64,000 nucleotides of DNA from Macrostomum lignano (lineage: Eukaryota): the NCBI GenBank assembly GCA_002269645.1, contig NIVC01001457.1, forward strand, positions 186,001 to 250,000, in the 5' to 3' direction. Both the position numbers and the translations under genes were made by a program. The notes beneath the pieces are model-generated. The model made no database searches and was not told the DNA's origin. It saw only the letters and a list, made by a program, of their open reading frames with translations. Positions 55,211-64,000 of the stretch are shown here, one piece after another; the stretch's first letter is position 1; every line of letters starts with the position of its first letter.

Positions 55211-56329
55211 CTCATCTACCCTCATGTCTACTGTCTCTATTCCTATCATCCATTAGTGTCAAATATTTATATTGAATGGCCAAGCACAATAATGTTTATA
55301 AGATACAGTATTTGAACATTTTTTTTACGTTTTAATGACCAGCTTTTGGCTGTAGTTGGTCTAATTCACGTAGACTGATTGCTAGCTGCTAGAACTCGTG
55401 GATTCTATTTGTTAATCTCTATCTGTGTAGCTCTTTGTGGTCGAGTTGCTTTAAATGAAAAAAAAAATTAAATATTTGAACAAAGTTTTTATCTCCAAGT
55501 TACAGTCCTTTTGTGTAAAATCCTTCTCAGTGTGTTTAAATAAACGTTTTTTTGCATTTTTACACAATCCGCAATCAGTGCTGTAAAACATTTCAGGTTC
55601 CCTTTGAAAAATGAAGAAAAAAATAATTTATTGATTTATTGCTTTTTTGCATTTAGACTTTCTGATGATTTGAACGCCGACTTTTTTCTCATCCTTTTTG
55701 TTGTCAACTTTGTAGTTTGTAATTTTCTTTCTTTTTTCAACGATATAGTGTTCGGTCTAGTCTTTGACGCCTCAATACACCTGACGCTTCCATTTTTCTG
55801 TGCGATTGAAATTCGAATTTAAAACAAAAAATATGCTCTAAATATCTGCTGCTTCAAAATAAATAATCGATTCATCGCTTTGTGCGCTTCGGTGCGGATT
55901 GTAGTTTTCGTAAGGCTTTTTGGGAAAAATGCTGTTTTGTGCTCTTCGCGAACATTAATTCACTTTGTCTGAATCGTAGGAGTAGAATTCTTAAACAGAG
56001 CCACAACACGAGGAAAAAACCGTTTAGCCCATTGTACAATTCCTCGTTGACTTGAAACCGTTACCGTGACCAGAATCGCTAGTAATTGCAAACAACTCAC
56101 TAGTGACTAAGAGTCGTGTTAGCACTTAACTTTTTACTAACTCAAGCAGACTACATATAGTACACGAGAAGACATACATATAGCTCGTACATATAGAGTC
56201 ATTATAGAAGCGTCCCAGAGCACAGAATGGCGAATCGGCAGTTCTCTATGAAAGCGAAGTAAATGCGCTTGCACTACTAACGTTGTGAAGCTGATAAGTA
56301 GCTGTGATTTTTTAAACGCAAAATTGAAT

Positions 56330-57250
56330 TTAAAAGTTGAGCTCAAGACAGCCTTTGAAAGCTCTGAATCGTCGTTTTGACGCTGCAGTTGAATGCTGCG
56401 CTATCATTGTAATTAATTTGTTCATAACGGTGCGTGTGCAGTCATGAGCAGTAATAAGAACTGTTATAACATTGCCATGTATATGTAAGCTAAAAAACAA
56501 AAGTAACAAACATAACAGCAGGTTCAGTTTTGGCGCTGCTAATTTGCTGATTCTGTGTGACACACCAGCATGCATGAACTCTGTCACTTCCAGCAATTTG
56601 AATTGGCGTTCCATCTCAGTGACAGCTCTGATAACTGCTCTGCTTGGGTTGACTAAGCTGTCATCCCGCTTGCGCTTCAGTCGCAGGAATTGTGTTCGAA
56701 TTGTTCTCCCTTCAGTTCCTGCTTGCACACCTCACACACTTGCACTCGGTTTTAAAGAAGCGGAACAGCAACCAACCGCCGACATATGCGCGCTTCTCGT
56801 GATCTACTGTAAGTCATCCGATGTAGCAAAGAGCTCATCACCTGCTTCCGTGAGATCTGAGTCACTAGTGTTGCCCTGCAGGTGGACTGGATCTGGAGCT
56901 TCTAGGCTCACTGCAGCCTTGGATGCTCTCTGGCTGCCGAAAACCGGTGAAATCTAGTGCCCGGCGTAGTTGGGGCATCCGTACGCAGCGCACTGAAGCC
57001 TCGAAGCAGAGGCAGTCATGCAAAAACAGTATCACAATAAGCTGCGTATTCAAACTCCAGCAGATACATGTATGCCTTCGGTATTAGCACTTTTGAAGCC
57101 AAACCTAGCTTCAGCAGCACCAGCTTGGGCCATAGAGAATGCAATACAGCAAAGACCTAGCGCGATCAATAATGCATTTGACCTGCATGCTTTCACGCCA
57201 CGAGCTCGTGCTAGAACGCCCAAGGCATGCTGTCTATGGCACTAACTTAG
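56330..57250 (-). mobile_element. Decayed P-superfamily (P/Galileo/THAP9-like) DNA transposase, C-terminal part
   Basis: Across shifting minus frames, in the expected order: YMYLL, HDCL..FSALR...ALDF, AYVGGWLLFRFFK, CEVCKQEL, QFLRLKRKRDDSLVNPSRAVIRAVTEMERQFK. This parallels the P-transposase pattern YLLT..QD.LE..FS.LR, YIAGYV..K, CxxC, GGL..PS..V. Multiple stops and frameshifts are present. The comparison is from memory. Confidence 0.55.
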
Positions 57251-60200
57251 AGCGCAGAGGCAGCAGAAGGCAGGGCCAGCCTAAAGGTAGTTTCTAAAAA
57301 TAGCACAGTTTAAAAGGGGCGTGGGTTGGTTCTATCAAGCCTTCCTATATTCTGTGGGACAAACCCGCAATAAATGGCAAAGAATTGGTAAAGTGCCATT
57401 AAGCCTACTTAGTTTTTCTTCACAACAAGAGTAGCCACTATAGAATATCATTGTCGGCTGATTTTCCATGCAAGAATGGCATTCTTGCACTCTTTTGCGT
57501 GCAGGAATGGATGTCTATGGTAAAATCTCACTGAAAAAGCATTAGGCGCAGAAATGCATTCCTGCACGGTTTTGTGCATTCCTGCACGATGAATCATCCG
57601 ACAATGGAATTCCTTCACGTTCACTCGTGCGTGAAGGACATCGTGCACTCGTGCGCTAGCGCGCACTCGTGCAGATGTCATTCCCGCACTCGTGACCGTG
57701 CAGGAATATATCATTCTTGTGTTCAAAAAGAAATTTTCTCAAAATGCGGGATTCGCCATTCTGTGTATATTTGTGTCCCAAAGTCGCCGATAATAAAAAG
57801 CCTCAAAGTGACTCTTAAAAATAAGTCTACCGTGATATCTCATCCTTTTAGAGTCGTCTAGAGAGTCCTTTCCTACTCTTATTTTACCTGAGGCGACGCA
57901 AGTGACTATTGGATCAAGTCTTACGAGTAATTGATGGTCCTGGTTTGATTCAAACAATTTTCAATAGAATCGTTTACTGAATTGATGAAGTGGCGAATAT
58001 AGTTACTGCTGCTGATTATAGTTCTAGTCTACAAAGACTCCCTCCAACTAGATGTACGAGCGTATTTTCAGCTACGGTCTTTAAGAACGAAAATATTCGC
58101 TGGTATTAACGAATAAAGTGAAGGCGATGGGCAGTTCCTCCACACATACCCGCGCAACAACACTTTCAACTGGGGGGATCTGTATGGGTGTCGCCATGTT
58201 AAACATGAATTTGAAAAACTAAAAGAATTCTGAAGCCGAAGATGTGATGTGAATTCAAACCATCGCACTTGCTGACAAGTCACCTCAACAGAATTGCCTG
58301 CCTCGGAAATTCTGTGTCAGAAAACGGTCATGTCACAGACTGCATGCAGGCCTGGAGGGTAAATGGCTAGGAGTTAAACTGCTTGCTGATCTGCCCCCAG
58401 TCTGGGCCATAGACAGCTGGCAGAGTGTCTGCATGATTAAATTGAATGCCCATCTGATCAAGTAGGCTGCAGAAAGGAATACTTTAGGAGTCTTTGATCC
58501 AATTAAGCTAGAAGCTAAAGCTAAAATTGACTTGTAACTTAGCATTCACTTTATATAATAGCATGCTGTCATCGCATTCAATCATTGCCGCTGTGTGTCA
58601 GGTCTACAGGTATAACAAGACATCGATTGGCAGGTGAGTTTTTCGAAGGACTCATTTTGGAAGAATTATTTGCAATTTAAAAAAGCCAAAACAACACGTA
58701 CAGATTGTTCTTTGAATTCTGAAACATTTTTTTCATTTCAATTAAATTATATATTACGAACAATCACATTTTAAAATGAAAACACGCTAAAAATTATAAA
58801 ATAACCTATTTCATATATCACATCGAGAATTGTGCTCAGTAGCAAAGTGTATAATTATATGTACCTCAATTTCTCCCCTGATCAGTACCAACCGCGGTTT
58901 ATATCACAGATAAAAAACAACAGTGACCTTCTGCAGTTCCTTTTACAATACAAGAACTTGTACTGTACCTCGACAGATGCTCTAGTCCTAGATTGAACAT
59001 TTAAATCGATTTTAATACAATGTTCTCGTACATTGTAAGCCCATTAGTGAGATTCGAATTTCGAACCATTTTACACGCGGTTTCTGAGTTCTTATTGTAC
59101 TCATTGTCACCGCTAATTGACAGTTTAAGAAGAGATTTGCTTCAACATTGTTATCTCGCTACTGTTAGTAGTTGATTTTCATCTCGAGGTCACGAGACGG
59201 AGTCACCACACTCATATAGTCAATAGTTTTTTCCTGGGCGGGGGGCAGGTCCTCCGCTGTCCGCTCCCAGATGTCATTGAATTTGTACTCGGTGAAGGAT
59301 TTTGCGTCCATTTAGTGCTGCGATTCATCGCGTGTACATGCAGTGTTTCTCTTTTTGCTATCAAATCATAAAAATAAAGATACAAAAATGATCCCCAAAA
59401 CCTCTAGCTCTTGGATACGCCACTTGGGACTTACCATAGAAGCCCACAACCTCGCATGATCAACTAACTCATCGATGACTTCGATCGCTATCTCGAATTC
59501 CAGGCTTATCCGACGGGTGTCCGCATTGTCGCTGATTCTGCTGTCAATCATCGCCCTGAAGTTGGTCGATCTGAGGCCGAACTCGAATTTCGACATACTT
59601 CATGGATGGAGGTTCGCCGGCTCTTTCAGGCCTGTCCAAACTGGAGACTTGGAGGAGCAGAGGGAACCTTCGGAAGAAGGATATTTACACGTGGTGCTAC
59701 GAGTACCTGTCACTGTCACAGAACAATAAGCGTACCTATTTTCCTCGTGCTAATTGTTCAATACAACTGTAAAGAATCCACTAGCGCTTATACATATTTC
59801 AATCACAGAAATTCCAGTAATTGTTCATAGGATTGGAATAACAAAAAGTCATATTTTTAATGACATAATTGTTATCAGTGATGCTTACATGCCTGACGAT
59901 TAAAAAGTCATGGTGGCGCTGTACACCATGTGTGTGCGTGTGTCAGTGGAGAGTCATTGTATTGGGCCAAGTTGTTGGTGTGACGATGTTTCCAAATGCC
60001 TTTTAATATTTCTAGTCAGAGCTGCAATCGATACAATTCTACAGGTATAATTTGTCATTGTTTCTGCCGGCCATGTGTACCGTAGCTAGAGTTGTGGACG
60101 TAAGACTGCCGAGCGGGAGTCAATTGAGCAGGTAAACTCACGCCCGTAGCTACTATTGTAGCTACGCTTGTAAAAGCCGCAGACGTACATTTTTAAAAGC

Positions 60201-60584
60201 GTCTCGTCGGTGGCCCTTAGTACAGATTTTCAATTTGACCTAATTGTCTACGCAACGAGTGCCGGTTTAGAGTGCTACTGATTTGCTCTGATTTTCAATT
60301 GCAAGTTTAACAACGTCCTGTAATGTCACAAAAGATAAATGGATACATTTTATAGATTAATCAGTTAATAAAACAAATTTAAAAGCAGACTTTGTGTCAG
60401 ATAAAATTTCTTGTCAAGTTTGTCAACGCGTGTGCAGAGGGTGCTCAGCTGCGCACTGCAGCCAATAGCAAGCTGACGACAAGGAAGCCAGGGCAAACCC
60501 ACATGCGCAGTTTTGATCGCATAAAACGCGCGCAGCGGGACGCAAAGCCACTCTTTGGTTTCCAGCCGTATCTCTTGCACAGAC

Positions 60585-63500
60585 ATGGCTTGCCAGCTCC
60601 CACTGCTTGCACTGCTGCTCACAGCAGCTTCAGCAACGGCCATGCAGTGCTCAACCAGCGCTCTGCCGCACAATGCTAGAGTCGATTGCTGGCCGGAGAT
60701 CGTCGGCGCCTCCGAGAGCGCCTGCCACGGCCGCGGCTGCTGCTGGCGAGACGACAGCGAGACAGTTAATGACGACTCGGAGCCATTCTGCTTCTACCCA
60801 GCTGACTACCCCACCTACAGGCTGGTGGGCTCTCGGGACTCCCCAGCTGGTGGCGCAGCGCTCAACTTTCGGCGAGACTCGGGACCGTCTGGCTGGCCGC
60901 CTTCTCGGCAGATTGACCAGGTGCGGCTCACGCGCGTGGCTGGTGGCTTTATGATCTGGGATTCCGAATGCTCTTGAAGATTACCGCTTTTAGCCAAACG
61001 TGTGGGTACTACATGTACCTTGTGGGTAGTTTTACTTAGCAATAGGACATATTAGCTATAGTCTAGTCTAGTTTTTAATCAACCGGTGTCGAAATATTTA
61101 TTTTAAGTACGTCCTCATTTACCTGAATTCTCATCCCCGTTCTCATTTACCAGAGTTTGATTCCCAAATCGGTGCAAGTTTGTCATAATTAATATCAAAT
61201 GTAAGAAACTAACCGAATTTTTACCTAGCGATTAGACTTATAGTTTAGATATATGTATATAAACATCACATTTTTAGTATATAGGATATATAGTTTATAG
61301 ACTTATTATAGTTATTATAGACTCAAAGTCTAAGGCCAACGTTTTAGCAACAACCAGACGGCTTAAACAGAAAAATTGCCTTTTAAAATGGCAGTGTAAA
61401 TTAACCTCTAAGCACAAAGACTGCCCTTTATTTTTTAAAATTGAAACTATGAAGACAATCTCAAATTTCGCCCCCCCCCACCCAACTCAGGTGTCACTCA
61501 GTGTGTCGGCTCACTCGGACCGAGTGGCGCGAATTCAAATCGCCGACCGGTCCGACACGAGTCGCTGGCGGGTGCCGCTGCCGCTGTTCGGAGGCGATGA
61601 GGCCGGAGCGGCAGCTCAACAGTTCAGCGTGCGAACTTCGAGCTCTGCAGGCGAGCGGTTTTTCGTTCAGGTGACGAGAAACTCGGACGCTTGGCCGCTG
61701 TTCGACACCGGATCGTCGGATAGCGCGTTCGGGCCTCTGCTGTTCGCCGACCAGTTCATACAGGTACGAAGCTGAGGGAATTGGGACACTCCATTGCAGC
61801 GCCTCTGTTTCTGGCGCCCCTGGTGCTTAGCGCCCCTGGTGCTTAGCGCCCCTGGTGCTTAGCGCCCCTGGTGCTTAGCGCCCCTGGTGCTTAGCGCCCC
61901 TGGTGCTTAGCGCCCCTGGTGCTTAGCGCCCCTGGTGCTTAGCGCCCCTGGTGCTTAGCGCCCCTGGTGCTTAGCGCCCCTGGTGCTTAGCGCCCCTGGT
62001 GCTTAGCGCCCCTGGTGCTTAGCGCCCCTGGTGCTTAGCGCCCCTGGTGCTTAGCGCCCCTGGTGCTTAGCGCCCCTGGTGCTTAGCGCCCCTGGTGCTT
62101 AGCGCCCCTGGTGCTTAGCGCCCCTGGTGCTTAGCGCCCCTGGTGCTTAGCGCCCCTGGTGCTTAGCGCCCCTGGTGCTTAGCGCCCCTGGTGCTTAGCG
62201 CCCCTGGTGCTTAGCGCCCGTACGTCGTACTGTTCACACAGCACAGTTTGTCCCGATTTTAATAGTCCACATGCCAAACCCAAACCATTGTCTGGCAGCT
62301 CTCAATCGGTCTGTCAGCCCAGGTCATCTACGGTCTCGGCGAGCACCTCGGTCCGTTCGCCAAGCCGCTCAACCAGTGGAAGCGGTTCGTGCTGTGGAAC
62401 CGAGACGCAGAACCGAACCCAGATAGAAACCTCTACGGTTCGCACAATTTCCTGCTGGCTGTCGGTGGCGGAGGCCGAGCTTTCGGCATCTTCTTGCTGA
62501 ACAGTAACGCCCAGGAGGTGATGCTGCAGCCGCGGCTCGGCCAGAGAGCCACCGTGACTTACCGAACTATCGGGGGCATCCTGGACTTCTTTGTGTTCGT
62601 TGGTCCCACGCCGAAGGACGTGATTCAGCAGTACCACGAGCTGCTGGGCCCACCGATGATGCCTCCGCTGTGGTCGCTCGGCTACCACCTGTGCCGCTTT
62701 GGTTTCGGCACTCTCGATCGACTGAAGTTCATCTACGAGAGAAATGTTAAAATCAACATCCCCATCGATGTGATGTGGTCGGATGCGGACTACATGGATG
62801 GATTCAAGGTGCGGATAATTAACTGCTAGCTGTCTAGTTAATGTTTTGTTGACTCGCATCAACTTGAGACTCTAAATTGTCTATGGTAGTTTCAGAATGG
62901 ATTGTCTACCGTAAGTCTTGAATAGCATATGGCAAATGTTGTAAAGATGTGAAGTAAAGCATCATTTATGCTTGCAGAAATTTTACTCCCCCTGCATAGA
63001 GGGTTAAAAATTAATTAGGGGCTTGCGCACGAAAATCTTTCTCAGAGAGTTATCGTGCGATTAACAACCATCATATGACAATTATAAAGCCAGGGCTTCT
63101 TTACACCCTGTGTGAACGTGTGCATGACTGCGTGCCTGCGCACAGATGTGCTCAGGGTTGTCTTACCACAGGTTGCGGGACAATGTCGCCGAATGCGTTC
63201 CACGTACCCATGCACAAACCTCCGGCAAATATTTATTTCTGTACACCTAAAAGTACATCTAAAATTATTGCATGCAGGACTGGACGGTAGGCGCAGAAAA
63301 GTACAGCGGCTTTGACACCTTCATCAAGCAAATCCACAACCAGCACCGCTCGGTGGTCGTGATTGTTGACCCGGGCATTAAGAACAACTCCACAGGCTAT
63401 TTGGCCTACGACCTCGGCCTTAAGATGGATATATGGATGCGTACAGCGGACAACAAGTCCTACATTGTTGGTGCCGTGTGGCCTGGAGATGTTCTCTGGC

Positions 63501-64000
63501 CAGACTTTACCCACCCGAACGCTACGGTAAGCCAGGAACAATTTGTTGCTTTGAGTAGCGTGATGGCTTACTGACTGACAATTTCAAATGCGCTCGCCGA
63601 CGAGTTGAACTTCAACCTGTCTTATCACATTCACATGTCTCGCATACAGTGTTTACCTGTCTGAATTTAGAAACAGCTGGTGGCACCATTTTCGAGAACC
63701 TTTGACCTTTTGCTAGCAGTGTTTTTAATATCAAAATTCGACCCTTGCCAAACACGAAAGGACACTATACAGAACTGCCCTTGATTTCGATTGAGTCAAC
63801 CTAACTGAACAGTGTTTTACTAGCTCAGGCGAACGCAACGTCAATTTTTGAGACGTCATTTGCTAGCTGTCACTGCGGTTTCTTCTGCTTTTGAGACCTG
63901 TCGTGATTGTTTATGATGCTAATGGTTCTTATTTTCTCTTTCACGTATTATTTCTACTAATAAACTGCCCTCTGTTCTTCATAGAAAACATGGGCTTCAT
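60585..64000 (+). CDS. GAA: Lysosomal alpha-glucosidase-like (signal peptide + trefoil + GH31), 3' incomplete
   Basis: Exons 60585-60920, 61491-61763, 62299-62808, 63278-63526 and probably from 63985, all phase 0. Signal peptide MACQLPLLALLLTAASATA; trefoil RVDCWP...CHGRGCCW...PFCFYP. GH31 motifs: LLFADQFIQ, YGLGEH, LWNRD, NLYGSHNF, LLNSNAQEV, GGILDF, PMMPPLWSLGYHLCRFG, DVMWSDADYM, IVDPGI, VWPG...PDFTHP. Confidence 0.92.
61815..62219. repeat. Near-perfect 16-bp intronic minisatellite (CGCCCCTGGTGCTTAG), ~25 copies
   Basis: Copies look identical by eye, suggesting recent expansion. Confidence 0.97.

Overview
Eukaryotic (animal) genomic DNA: GC-rich exons with poly-Q/poly-A runs, GT-AG introns, and most long introns filled by their own mini- or microsatellite. 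The style suggests a flatworm such as Macrostomum (inference only, not provable from this window). I can reconstruct eight intron-containing genes with phase-consistent splice sites: an RPS6KC1-like PX-MIT-pseudokinase (+), a small LITAF-domain gene missed by the ORF track (-), a G-alpha-i gene with a 1-nt frameshift (-), a TAF5/TAF5L-like WD40 gene (-), a C2H2 zinc-finger gene (-), RPS23 (+), an unassigned low-complexity Pro/Gln/Ser-rich gene (+), and a trefoil-GH31 lysosomal alpha-glucosidase (+) that runs off the window end. Mobile DNA includes a tRNA-headed CORE-like SINE, a duplicated solo-LTR-like insert with 4-bp target-site duplications, a decayed P-superfamily transposase and a probable LINE relic. 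The most notable observations are the hidden LITAF gene, an ATG-less 5' reading frame in the TAF5-like gene that a spliced-leader AUG could open, operon-like gene spacing, a ~7.7 kb CpG desert, and micro-exons including a dual-frame terminal exon. I found no prokaryotic-type system (CRISPR etc.). All alignments are from memory and all counts are by eye.
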